From IMG/VR virus record IMGVR_UViG_3300047375_000936: DNA of 64,000 nucleotides, one strand, 5' to 3'. The notes under the pieces are model-generated. The model made no database searches. It saw only the letters and a list, made by a program, of their open reading frames with translations, and was not told the DNA's origin. The stretch is from an uncultured virus (IMG/VR IMGVR_UViG_3300047375_000936) (lineage: Duplodnaviria; Heunggongvirae; Uroviricota; Caudoviricetes). The translations under genes and the position numbers were made by a program. Shown piece by piece: positions 21,901-30,689 of this stretch (positions within the stretch are counted from its first letter, which is position 1; each line of letters starts with the position of its first letter).

Positions 21901-22388
21901 CTTGCATTAAGTGCTTTAATAAATTGATCATACCAATTTTCGTTTGTTTGATCATTCCATTTAATTGATCTACCTGATAGGTTAGTACCTGTTGTATCCG
22001 ATACACTTTCAGTTGTAGTAATACTATCAACTTTTAAAAATCCAGCAGCTGGTTGATTTCGAGTTACATTATAACTAATTAAACGAGCTAGTCTAAGAAC
22101 ACTTTCTCTGCGCTCAGCTAATTCAATAAAGTTTTCTCTTGCATTTAAATCAACTCGGAAACTAATGTTTTGTCCAAGAAATGCAATTAGATCAATTAAT
22201 GAAAGATATTCACTACTTTCAATATAATCGTTAAAATCTTCTGGATAATTTTGTCTAATATAATTAACCATTGTTCGACGTAGATTGTCAAAGTCGTAAC
22301 TTTTGAAATCTGCATACTTGAAACTCTGGTATATTTTCTGCCAGTCTTCGGCTAATAAAAGTCTATTTTGTCTATCGGTTGCAGACAT
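18900..22388 (-). CDS. gp6: Baseplate wedge subunit, T4 gp6-like (1162 aa)
   Basis: N-terminus DFDNLRRTMVNYIRQNYPEDFNDYIESS...NENFIELAERRESVLRLARLISY and the motif APSTYYTQNRLITAEDY are typical of gp6/BaseplateJ. It follows gp25. Confidence 0.85.
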   Translation of the reverse strand: MSATDRQNRLLLAEDWQKIYQSFKYADFKSYDFDNLRRTMVNYIRQNYPEDFNDYIESSEYLSLIDLIAFLGQNISFRVDLNARENFIELAERRESVLRLARLISYNVTRNQPAAGFLKVDSITTTESVSDTTGTNLSGRSIKWNDQTNENWYDQFIKALNASMLDTNQFGSPRKSAIVGGIPTEKYNINSSPESFPVYSFSKVINGTNLDFEAVGADIDKNDIVEEAPRVGNKFSFLYKDNGQGAGSANTGFFIHFRQGSLQRGDFQIDLPTPNQTVEVDAANVNDTDVWLYSLDSSGQEQDLWTKVDAVEGNNVIYNSVSKKIKNIYSVLSRTNDRINLIFADGVFGNLPKGNFRSYYRTSANLDYTIFPNNVQNIKISIPYISANGKNETLTMLCSLKQSVATASSSETTQSIKDNAPSTYYTQNRLITAEDYNLGPLGISQNIIKVKSVNRTSSGINRYYDLRDSTGKYSSTNLFGTDGVVYKDYQEEKTKFSFVTKTDVEGIVANTIEPLLQDKNTRNFYYDQFTDQDYTDLNIVWQQTTQDTNRSSGFVVDANNENDTTAFKYIVSSFTEGVFRYIEPGALIKFTAPSGYHFMKTDNNKLMQGLPDHEGAVTYLWTKVISVTNGGNELSATGLGGIVLNDAIPAGAVINSVKPKFTRDLINEVKNSLVNQLFAYRTVGLRYDTNNRRWQVVTQENLNVNDTWSYALSGDSTQQSLDRSWLFLFETNGVDYTITSRSLRYVFESDNEVRFFFEKSKKIYDSKTGEIVRDKISVLNINKDLASTGGLLPFTVDYPWAVSAEFTDGIGYVNSKKVEVVFFDSDDDGVVDNPQIFNDIVAPISVGDTNKYVFVKKANDDNEFYSYVDQTTENILVVQSEAAASVTTPNNPIYYVIANDAFLKIDSTNRTRTQVFNYKAYEGRSGLKFQYAHASDENARIDPSSSNIMDTYLLTKTYDTNYRQYLAGTLETEPLPQSSDQLYRNYGTDINKIKSISDEVIYHPVKFKVLFGKKAKPGLQATMKVVKNSARVVNDQDIKTQVIEATNRFFALENWEFGDTFYWSELSAYIMQQLAPNLNSIVLVPDSATDTFGSLFEVRSENDEIFISGATVDNVEIITAITADRLKADGAIVTSAEQTGQTVGSQAEVVVSTSSSSGGSSY

Positions 22389-22412
22389 GATTACATTCCT
22401 CGGCTAATACTA

Positions 22413-22419
22413 TATTTAT
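22413..22419 (-). promoter_or_regulatory. Late promoter motif ATAAATA
   Basis: Minus strand reads c-ATAAATA-tagtattagccGAGGAatgtaatc-ATG. Confidence 0.6.
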
Positions 22420-22440
22420 GTATATTAAAATGTACGCACA

Positions 22441-22887
22441 TTAAAGTATGGCGTTTGACTGATTGTCAAATTTTAAAGTCATTTGTTCACTGATGTTATA
22501 TTCAATGTACGTAAGCTCTGCATATATTTGTATACCTGATTCGTATGCATCAACAATAATATTACTTGCATTTACTCTTGGATCATAATTTACTATTTGG
22601 GTTACATTATCAAGCACTGCTTTTTTAATCGAGTCGGTCATTGGTTCAAATAGTACGTCCCAAATTATAGTACCAAAGGTTGGATTCTCAAGTTTTTCAC
22701 CAATTCGAATATGAAAATGATTTAATATATCTTGTTTGATTAATTCTATATTTCTTAATTTAAAATTTTTATCTTCGGTGTTGACTGTGCTCAGTCCTTT
22801 GTAGCTTTTATCTACCAGAGGCTGATTCATAGTCTTAGGTGACGTAATTTTTAAATTTTTATAAAGATTTTTCTCTAGTGTGCTCAT
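22441..22887 (-). CDS. gp25: Baseplate wedge subunit, T4 gp25-like
   Basis: Motif IKQDILNHFHIRIGEKLENPTFGTIIWDVLFEP...YDPRV of the GPW/gp25 family. It is adjacent to gp6. Confidence 0.9.
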   Translation of the reverse strand: MSTLEKNLYKNLKITSPKTMNQPLVDKSYKGLSTVNTEDKNFKLRNIELIKQDILNHFHIRIGEKLENPTFGTIIWDVLFEPMTDSIKKAVLDNVTQIVNYDPRVNASNIIVDAYESGIQIYAELTYIEYNISEQMTLKFDNQSNAIL

Positions 22888-22899
22888 ATTGTATTTACC

Positions 22900-23694
22900 C
22901 TATAAAGCTGAGTCTGTTTTAAAGACGTTTGTGTTTTGTGGCTGGGGAGGTTGGTTATTTTGAACTTCAACTAGAGGTAAATCAAAACCTGCAGGAATGT
23001 CCCAGTTTCTACGAATTTGATTTACATAAAGTCCTGATTGCCCAGCAGGGCGAAAAATAGCAAAGTTACTTAATTTGTAATTATTTGCCTGATTGCCACC
23101 AAATACTTTTATTTTGTTGTTTGCAGGATCTATACTGTGTACAAAACAGATATGCCCTTTACTAGAGTTTTCTCTACGTGTCATTACACACAAATCGTAT
23201 TTTCTAATTTTTGTAAAATCTCGCCAGTCAATAGATCTGCCATAACGCAAATAAGATTGACTACCTACTCCTGGAACATTGTGCTCTTGTCCTGCTTTCC
23301 AAAGTACCCAGGTAGCAAATCCGCCGCACCAAGGATAATTGTTTCCGTCGTTTGGCATTGTTCCTCCTCCAGCAACTCCCCATGCTTCTGCAATCAATGG
23401 ATTTGGAGGGGTTCCTTTTTCTGTCCAATCTAATTGCAAATTATCTTCTAACACAGCCTGAATACTTGCATATGCTGTTCCTGCAGGTGCTGGATTTGCA
23501 GGAGGTTGTACTGGAGTTACTGCGCCGCCTACACTTGGATTAAAATCGCCGACACCAGATAAATCGTCAGGAGCACCTGGTTGAAACCCAGGTGTACTTG
23601 TACTAGCTGGTAAAAAATATCTATCTATTTCTGTTGGCTCTAACGCTCTTGCCGGTGATCCTACTTCGCTTGCTGGAATTACTATTTGACACAT
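22900..23694 (-). CDS. NlpC/P60-CHAP-like cysteine peptidoglycan hydrolase (TIGR02594-like)
   Basis: Catalytic-like motifs PWCGGF, GHICFV and GGNQ. The N-terminal linker is Pro/Ala-rich. Confidence 0.75.
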   Translation of the reverse strand: MCQIVIPASEVGSPARALEPTEIDRYFLPASTSTPGFQPGAPDDLSGVGDFNPSVGGAVTPVQPPANPAPAGTAYASIQAVLEDNLQLDWTEKGTPPNPLIAEAWGVAGGGTMPNDGNNYPWCGGFATWVLWKAGQEHNVPGVGSQSYLRYGRSIDWRDFTKIRKYDLCVMTRRENSSKGHICFVHSIDPANNKIKVFGGNQANNYKLSNFAIFRPAGQSGLYVNQIRRNWDIPAGFDLPLVEVQNNQPPQPQNTNVFKTDSAL

Positions 23695-26675
23695 TATGCT
23701 GTAAACCTTCCGTTATTTGATACTGTTGCACGACCAAGGGCAACATACTCGTCTATTTTTGTTCCGTACCCGTCTGTGCCAACAGAATTTCCTTGTCTCC
23801 ATTTTCTAGCATCATTTGGACCTTTTAGATGAGCTCCCATTAGTATTCCTGCAACTAAAGAAACACTGTCGCCATCTTTAATAGCACCGTTACTTTTGCA
23901 ATATCTTAGATTTGCATTTGTATAAAGTATCATGGCTTTTTCTTGACAATCGTTTTTGTTTGCAAGCCAATCTTCAACATTATTAATTCCGTCTTTACCA
24001 GTGTAATTATTTGGATTCAATCTAAGTCCGGTGCCTCCGCCTCTTGCTGACATTTTTATGTAGCCGCCTTCTTTTAGAGCATATCCACCAAACTGATATT
24101 TGCCTGCAAAGCCAATACTATTTGTACAATTATATTTTAATCCACTTTCTCTAAATCCTAATGCATTTAAATAGGCAACTGTTTCAGCTTCGTTGAGTCC
24201 GTTGATTGCACCTGCTGGAGCAGCACTTAGTGGTCCATCACTTGGTCCACTACATCCGTAAGAGCCACCTTCTGTGCCTGCTGCTGGATAATCCTGCTGC
24301 AAAGATGCGTTAGCTACATCTGCTGATTGTTCTGAAATATCTTGAGTGCTAGATGCGCTGTTAGCTGTAGCACCACTTAACCCTGCTACTGTTTGAGCAA
24401 CTGTATCGCCGTAGTAAACTGCTGTGCTACGATATTTGTCTGCAATTTCTTGTGCTGCGTCTGGATCGATTATTAATGGATCTTCTTGAGTATATTTTGG
24501 ATTTTCTACAATAGCACCAAGTTCTGTACCTGTAGCGTTTATAGCATTTCCAAGTATACGCAAATCGTTTTCTAACGGATGCCCAAATGCTGGATTAATA
24601 TTTGGAGCGATAACAACTACACGATAACCAGCAGCAGATAGGTTAGCATAACCTTCTCTAAGATTTTGTTTGGCTTTTTCAACATCTCCAATATCGCCTA
24701 CGCCAACTTGTATAATTGCATACTGTCCTGATGTTGAGTTTGGAAATGCAGCCGGATCACTTGCTACACCAGCATTTGTATCAGCTTCTGCTGATGAACT
24801 AACTGCTGGAGTTTGAGATCCTGTACCTACAGCGGCATATGTATCTGGTAGTACATTCTGCAAGAATGAATTAGTTTGTTGTTGACCGGCTCTTGTTCTA
24901 TCTGGAGTGTATGCTGCTGGATTAATATTTTCATGTTGCGGCCACGGCTCGTGTTCTGGAATTCTTGCTGCAAGATTTGCTCTTACTGGTGGCACTGGAA
25001 TAAACGGATTTGGTGCAGGAGGTAAGGTTGCTGGGCGAGACTCTATCGATACACCAGCTGTTGCTGCTGGACTTCCAGGTGAGTTTAAATGTATTTGCGC
25101 ATCTGAAGATAATTGTATGTTACCTTCAGCTTTTACACTTAGTACACCTTTTGCTTGTACATTGACTGTGTTTGCTATACTCGATATATCCATTGATTCT
25201 TGCGCAGTTACTTTAACTGCGGCAGCAGTACTATATAATTCTAGTGTATTTGCGGCTGTAATATATGTTTGTAATCCACTGCTAGAATGAGATTGTCCGT
25301 CAACTTGATTATAACTATTACCAAGTGCTTTCATATGATAATCGCCGTCGGTTGAAACTTTTACAAAACTACAACCTTCAATACCAACACTTTCGGCACT
25401 ACCTAGTGCTAAATGCTGCTGACTTACTACATCTAGAGATCCTTTACTTGTAACTGTAACTTTTGAATTACCATAAACTGCAACACCATCTTGTCCTGTT
25501 AAACTTACATTAGCTCCAGCATTTAATGATATTTCGTTTTGTGCCGATACACCATAACTACCACCTACATCAATTGCAAGGTCTTTGCCCGAACTAATAT
25601 TCATATTTTCCATTGCTGTTAGATTTATATCTCTATCTGCGGTGAAGTTGATATCATTTTCACTGTGTACACTAACACTATCTTGCGCATACACATCAAT
25701 TTTACCATTGCTGGACATTTCTATCCAGCTAGAGCCTTTGCTGTTACTGATATAAATTAAATCTTCGGTGTTATGCAAAAGTATTTGATGTCCGGTGCGT
25801 GTTCTAATTCTAAACAATTCGTTTGCTGGTCTAGTAACATCTCCAGTATCAGTTGTCTTTTCAATGTCTGCATATTCGAATGGCGTTGACTCAGGGTGAC
25901 CTTTTCTTAAAAATTTATCATCGCCGTCATCCATTACAATACTTGATCCGCCAAGTCTTGCTTTATAAAATTCTGTTTCGTTTTCACCGTGTTGATACAA
26001 TGGAGCATTAGTACGTTTATCAAACGGACCAGGCGTATTCATTCCAAATACTGTACTCGGAAGTTCTCTTCTTGCGCCACTAGTGGTTAGTCCTCTAACA
26101 TCGTCGGTTATTAATCCTGCACGATTTAATCTTTCAACAAAATCTGTGTTTACAGGCTTTAAGAATTTTGTTGGTTGTGTTTCGCCATCAGGTGATGTAA
26201 TGGCTTTGTTGTATTCACCTACTGGTAATTTTTGTCCTAGATCATTTAGATAAGTTGAAGTACGCCCGTCTGGAACTGTAAAGTTTGTAAATGCATCAGG
26301 AACGCATGCCATCCAAAAACCAAAGTCTTTTCTGCCTTCAACAACTAACACAATTACCTTTGTTCCAATGTCCGGAGGTACTGCCCAGAATCCATAACTC
26401 TGTTGTGAACTAGCAAATGTATTATCCGATCCTGTTTGATGCAACGGAGTTTGTCCAGCAAAAGGACTTGCATATTGGCACTGTAAACTTTGTCCTATTT
26501 CATCCCAATCACTGCCATTTGCGTTTGCTGTTAGCAACGAAACATTTAGTCCGCCCATAAATGTTTGATCAAGATGACCAATTACACGCCCAATGTAAAT
26601 ACCCGGATCAGCTGGACGTGCGGCGTTGTCACTTTTTCTTGTAAATTCACTGCGTATGTTTTGCGGTTCGGGCAT
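23694..26675 (-). CDS. gp5: Baseplate hub / central spike, T4 gp5-like, with C-terminal lysozyme-like domain (993 aa)
   Basis: N-terminal OB-fold (SYGFWAVPPDIGTKVIV) and RIRTRTGHQILL...WIEMSSNGKIDVY beta-helix repeats. The C-terminus has a lysozyme-like ALGFRESG...AGKYQFG motif. Confidence 0.8.
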   Translation of the reverse strand: MPEPQNIRSEFTRKSDNAARPADPGIYIGRVIGHLDQTFMGGLNVSLLTANANGSDWDEIGQSLQCQYASPFAGQTPLHQTGSDNTFASSQQSYGFWAVPPDIGTKVIVLVVEGRKDFGFWMACVPDAFTNFTVPDGRTSTYLNDLGQKLPVGEYNKAITSPDGETQPTKFLKPVNTDFVERLNRAGLITDDVRGLTTSGARRELPSTVFGMNTPGPFDKRTNAPLYQHGENETEFYKARLGGSSIVMDDGDDKFLRKGHPESTPFEYADIEKTTDTGDVTRPANELFRIRTRTGHQILLHNTEDLIYISNSKGSSWIEMSSNGKIDVYAQDSVSVHSENDINFTADRDINLTAMENMNISSGKDLAIDVGGSYGVSAQNEISLNAGANVSLTGQDGVAVYGNSKVTVTSKGSLDVVSQQHLALGSAESVGIEGCSFVKVSTDGDYHMKALGNSYNQVDGQSHSSSGLQTYITAANTLELYSTAAAVKVTAQESMDISSIANTVNVQAKGVLSVKAEGNIQLSSDAQIHLNSPGSPAATAGVSIESRPATLPPAPNPFIPVPPVRANLAARIPEHEPWPQHENINPAAYTPDRTRAGQQQTNSFLQNVLPDTYAAVGTGSQTPAVSSSAEADTNAGVASDPAAFPNSTSGQYAIIQVGVGDIGDVEKAKQNLREGYANLSAAGYRVVVIAPNINPAFGHPLENDLRILGNAINATGTELGAIVENPKYTQEDPLIIDPDAAQEIADKYRSTAVYYGDTVAQTVAGLSGATANSASSTQDISEQSADVANASLQQDYPAAGTEGGSYGCSGPSDGPLSAAPAGAINGLNEAETVAYLNALGFRESGLKYNCTNSIGFAGKYQFGGYALKEGGYIKMSARGGGTGLRLNPNNYTGKDGINNVEDWLANKNDCQEKAMILYTNANLRYCKSNGAIKDGDSVSLVAGILMGAHLKGPNDARKWRQGNSVGTDGYGTKIDEYVALGRATVSNNGRFTA

Positions 26676-26677
26676 AT

Positions 26678-29419
26678 TTAAAATCCTAAGTTTCTTGTTA
26701 TTCGACTTACTTCTGTATTAAATTGATTAGCAGCAGTATTAATAGTGTTGCTGGCTTCATTAATATATCCAGGAATTTTTCCTGCACTTACACTACCAAG
26801 TAACTCTTGTTGTGCTGCTGCTAATGATGTATTTAATCCTTGCGAAAGTTGCTGTTGAGCTTGCTGAAGTGCGCTGCCTGATAGCCCTGAAAGCGATCCA
26901 AGTAATTGATTTGTTGCTGGATTGGTGCCAAGATTTTGAAATATTCCAGGTACTTGAGAAGTAATGGCGCCAATTGTAGTATTTAAGTTTGCTGCAATTG
27001 CATTGACTTGACTAAAAGCGCTGAAAACATTTTCAGCAAGGTTAGCTACTTCAGTTCCCGATAATATATTTTCAAAATTATTTAAGCCGTTTTGAGTAAA
27101 GCCAGTTAGTAATTGCTGCTGTGCTTGCTGTAACATATCTTGAGTTTGGTTACTAGCAGCAGATATTTGATTGTTAAGTTTTTGCATAACAAGATTTGGA
27201 TTGCCAAGTTTAGTAGCTTGGACAACTGAAGTTGCTGCATTAACATCGTCGAGTGATTGATTTGGCATTCTCAATAGATTTAGTTGTTGTGTAAACATTC
27301 CATTTGAAAATTCATTTTTAAATGTCGTAACTTTGTACAATCCACTAAATGCACTAGCAGGATCAAGTGCTGTTAAATTACCAAAAAAGTCAACTGCTGT
27401 TTTAAAACTTATTAGTACATAAATTTCGCCTCTTGTAAAATCTAATTGTCCTTTGGTTGTGTACCCTGTTGCAGATGGATTAGGATGGTTATTTCCGATA
27501 TCAACTTCAGTAAAATAAAAAGGATCTCCCCAAATTCTTAAATCTAGTGTAACATTATCAGTATCACTGTTTAATACCATTTTATTAAAATGATTTGCAA
27601 TACGTACCTTTGCTGAGTCGTCGCTGCTGCCTCCTTCGGGTGCAGTAGTTCCGCTGCCTATTGCAACATTAGCTGATGCAATGGCGCCTGTTCCTTGAGG
27701 ATTAGGTCCTGCGCCAACTGACGGAATTCTTTGTGCAACTTCTTCAGTAACTACTGGATTTCCAGAATTATGCTGTGTATCTTGGCCACCTTGGCTACCA
27801 ATACGTGACATTTCTTTATAAAATGCATTATTAATGCTAAAATTAAAATCAATAATGTCAGTGTTTAATCCAGTATAGGTGTAATTGTAGTGCTTGACTG
27901 CATCTTTAATTTGTGGAGAATAACTCTGTGAACTTGATTGGTTAGACAAGCGACTAATGTGAATTTCATAAGGCGTAACAATATATTCAAATCGTGTTGC
28001 AGGCATACCTGTTTTTGCAATCATGCCAGTATCAATAATAGTGGTTTTTGAATGTATTTTAAACCATGTAATAGTATTTCCTCTAGCTCTTTGTAAAAAT
28101 TCTGCTTTTGATTTCCCCCATTCACTACCAAGCAGCACACTTTCAATAATTTTTTCAATTTTTTGTCCTGTGCCAAACTGAAATTCTCTTTGATCTTGAT
28201 CGTATGTCATTCCGGCTCTAGTTACAATTCGTGTTCCGTCATCTTTAACAGTTACAGTAGTGTTATCAAATGCTTTAAAAGGAATAGTTCCATAATCAAA
28301 AGCTGATGAAGTAATAAGAGACTGTCCCATTTCATTATCGTTGGTGTTAATAACTGTGTTAGCAGGACTACTTGTTAGATTAGTTATAGCAGACGCTCTA
28401 TTACTAATTGCATTATTAATTTGATTATTAATTGCTACGTCTTCTAAGGCAGTGTCTAACCCAAGTGTAGATTCTAATGCTGAAATTCTATTTTGATAAG
28501 TTTGATTAATTAAGTTTCTATCTGAAGCTATATTATCTTCAATAGTGTTAACTCTATCTCTAAGAGATTGTTCAAATGAGTTAGTTTGCGAACCAGCCCA
28601 TATGCCGCCGCCACCTATGCTTTGATCAAAAGCAGCTATTTCATAATCTGATGACAAGTTTGAAACTCCAGCTGCGCCTCTTGGTTGACTTCTTATAGAA
28701 ATATCTTTTGGAAAATTAATTTCGTATTGATGAGGAACATAATTTGAATCAGCTTCTGCCATGTCAGTTTGTATTTTATTTAGATAGGCTTCTAAACTAT
28801 TTTCGCCCCAACTTAGTACTTCACTTACACTTGCTCCTTGTAGTTTAGTTTCAGTTGGTATTTTTTCAACTTGATCAAAAAATGCTTGGTGGTTCCAAGG
28901 AATTGCTGTAACATGATATGTTGATCCAGCGGCTGTAACATCAAAAGTTACGTTAACTAGACTTAATACTAGGTTAGTACTTGGTAATACTTGTGGATTG
29001 TTGTTGTCATCAAATCCTTTAAAAGTTCCTTGTAGTAAGAAAGGAGCATTAAGATAACTTACTCCTGTTCCAAGTGCTTGTTCAGCAGCAATACTCAGTG
29101 ACTGGAAAAACAATCCGACACTTTGCGGTTCAGTAACTGTAAATTCTATTTGAATAGCATTACTAAAGCTAGTGCCTGGATTAGGAGCAACTAGATATTC
29201 ACTGATAACATTATCAATAAAAAATTCGACATTAGTTTTGGTTGCATCTTCAATTAAAGTTGTAACTGGTTTATCTGGAAAGCCTCCAGATTTAATAATT
29301 GGAACTGCTGGACCGTTTTCGTAAGATTCAGGATAAGGCACTTGTTGAGGGCTTAATACTCCAAATACCCAATTGTAATTGTAAGTGGCAAGATTATTTA
29401 GAGTATTCTCTAATGTCAT
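26678..29419 (-). CDS. Baseplate hub protein (gp27-like position), 913 aa
   Basis: Lies between gp53 and gp5. It has the hub-type C-terminal motifs LRIWGDP and FSGLYKVTTFKNEFSNGMFTQQLNLLR, followed by a Q/N/A-rich tail. Confidence 0.6.
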   Translation of the reverse strand: MTLENTLNNLATYNYNWVFGVLSPQQVPYPESYENGPAVPIIKSGGFPDKPVTTLIEDATKTNVEFFIDNVISEYLVAPNPGTSFSNAIQIEFTVTEPQSVGLFFQSLSIAAEQALGTGVSYLNAPFLLQGTFKGFDDNNNPQVLPSTNLVLSLVNVTFDVTAAGSTYHVTAIPWNHQAFFDQVEKIPTETKLQGASVSEVLSWGENSLEAYLNKIQTDMAEADSNYVPHQYEINFPKDISIRSQPRGAAGVSNLSSDYEIAAFDQSIGGGGIWAGSQTNSFEQSLRDRVNTIEDNIASDRNLINQTYQNRISALESTLGLDTALEDVAINNQINNAISNRASAITNLTSSPANTVINTNDNEMGQSLITSSAFDYGTIPFKAFDNTTVTVKDDGTRIVTRAGMTYDQDQREFQFGTGQKIEKIIESVLLGSEWGKSKAEFLQRARGNTITWFKIHSKTTIIDTGMIAKTGMPATRFEYIVTPYEIHISRLSNQSSSQSYSPQIKDAVKHYNYTYTGLNTDIIDFNFSINNAFYKEMSRIGSQGGQDTQHNSGNPVVTEEVAQRIPSVGAGPNPQGTGAIASANVAIGSGTTAPEGGSSDDSAKVRIANHFNKMVLNSDTDNVTLDLRIWGDPFYFTEVDIGNNHPNPSATGYTTKGQLDFTRGEIYVLISFKTAVDFFGNLTALDPASAFSGLYKVTTFKNEFSNGMFTQQLNLLRMPNQSLDDVNAATSVVQATKLGNPNLVMQKLNNQISAASNQTQDMLQQAQQQLLTGFTQNGLNNFENILSGTEVANLAENVFSAFSQVNAIAANLNTTIGAITSQVPGIFQNLGTNPATNQLLGSLSGLSGSALQQAQQQLSQGLNTSLAAAQQELLGSVSAGKIPGYINEASNTINTAANQFNTEVSRITRNLGF

Positions 29420-29719
29420 TTAAGCTCCAAGCACTGTGTCAAGTGTTGTTTTTTGTGGTAAACGAATAGTAGTTCCAGCAACAAAATCAAACACTGGATC
29501 TTTTATAGTATCTATATTTCTTACTGCAAATACCCACCATAATTTGGATGTACCGTATAGATCATACGAAAGCAAATCAGGTCTGTAAGTATATTGAGGT
29601 TGAATTGTGTATGTAACATCATTGTCAAGTGCAGGAATATCTCTTTTTTGATAGATATCTAAATAATCACTTCTTAGTCTTGTTTCAGCATAAGGACTTG
29701 ATGACGAATATTTAATCAT
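29420..29719 (-). CDS. gp53: Baseplate wedge subunit, gp53-like (LysM-like)
   Basis: Motif YRPDLLSYDLYGTSKLWWVFAVRN...IRLP. Confidence 0.8.
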   Translation of the reverse strand: MIKYSSSSPYAETRLRSDYLDIYQKRDIPALDNDVTYTIQPQYTYRPDLLSYDLYGTSKLWWVFAVRNIDTIKDPVFDFVAGTTIRLPQKTTLDTVLGA

Positions 29720-30615
29720 TAAATAAACCCTCCTGGTTTTTTGTTGCCAATATATTCACCTTTTATAAACGATTCAAGATTAAAATCTTTTGTTGCTGTT
29801 CTGCTGTATGCTGGCGACACTGTTACGTTTAGTGTACTCAAAGTTGGCACATAACAATAATCACCAGAGGCAACAAGATTAGGATCTCCAAATGAATCAA
29901 AAGAATTTTTGTTAATTGGTACTTGGATATAATCAACTGCATTTGGCAAATCAAGGTTAAACATTTTAACAATTATTGGAGTTTCGTCAAATATAAAATT
30001 ACCATATCCACTTAATGCAACACGAGGAGGTGGATGCCCTTGTAACGGTCCGTCGCCGTAAAACATTTTTGTAATACTGCGTAAAAAATGCACTGCGGCA
30101 ATCCAATACTGCCCATCTGATTCATTTTCTACAGGAAATTCTGCACTAATTGTAATATCTTCAATTCTACTTGATTCATAAACATGATAAGGATAGTTTG
30201 TATGTACAGGCTGCACTGTATCGTAGTTTGCCATGCTGGATAACAATATTTGCGGAGTTGTAGGAAAAACTAAACTTTGATTACTTGTTTGTAATGGAGC
30301 AAGTATTGGAGAATTTACAAAATAATCTGGAGATGCAGGTAAATGTATTCGTACACGCCAATCTTGAGAATTATTATCTGAAGAAGCCGATAATTGTGCT
30401 GTTTGAGCAAAAGATTGTACCGGAGTTGCTCCAAAATTTAAATCGCTTCCTAATCTACCCTGACTAATAAACTGAACAAAGTCAGAAGCATTGCCATTTG
30501 TAAATACCCGATTGATATTTTGCACTGTATTAACAGCTCTTCCAATTGGAGTACTATTAAAACTGTTTCGTAAACTGTTTGTAACTGCACTTCCAATAAC
30601 TTTAAATAAACTCAT
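29719..30615 (-). CDS. Tail tube initiator / baseplate-tube cap protein (gp48/gp54-like)
   Basis: Start moved to ATG 30615 because of a GGAG SD upstream. Motifs LVFPTTPQI, HFLRSITKMFYG and PPPRVALSGYG are typical of tube-initiator proteins. It is the first gene of the baseplate operon. Confidence 0.6.
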   Translation of the reverse strand: MSLFKVIGSAVTNSLRNSFNSTPIGRAVNTVQNINRVFTNGNASDFVQFISQGRLGSDLNFGATPVQSFAQTAQLSASSDNNSQDWRVRIHLPASPDYFVNSPILAPLQTSNQSLVFPTTPQILLSSMANYDTVQPVHTNYPYHVYESSRIEDITISAEFPVENESDGQYWIAAVHFLRSITKMFYGDGPLQGHPPPRVALSGYGNFIFDETPIIVKMFNLDLPNAVDYIQVPINKNSFDSFGDPNLVASGDYCYVPTLSTLNVTVSPAYSRTATKDFNLESFIKGEYIGNKKPGGFI

Positions 30616-30632
30616 GTGAATCTCCTGCATAG

Positions 30633-30638
30633 TATTTA
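30633..30638 (-). promoter_or_regulatory. Late promoter motif TAAATA for the baseplate operon
   Basis: Minus strand reads ac-TAAATA-ctatgcaGGAGattcac-ATG. Confidence 0.55.
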
Positions 30639-30639
30639 G

Positions 30640-30668
30640 TTGACAAAATTAACTACGTGTATTATAAT
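30640..30668 (+). promoter_or_regulatory. Consensus sigma70 promoter upstream of gp55
   Basis: TTGACA (30640-30645), a 17-nt spacer, then TATAAT (30663-30668). Confidence 0.9.
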
Positions 30669-30689
30669 AAATATAACATAGGAGAAAAC

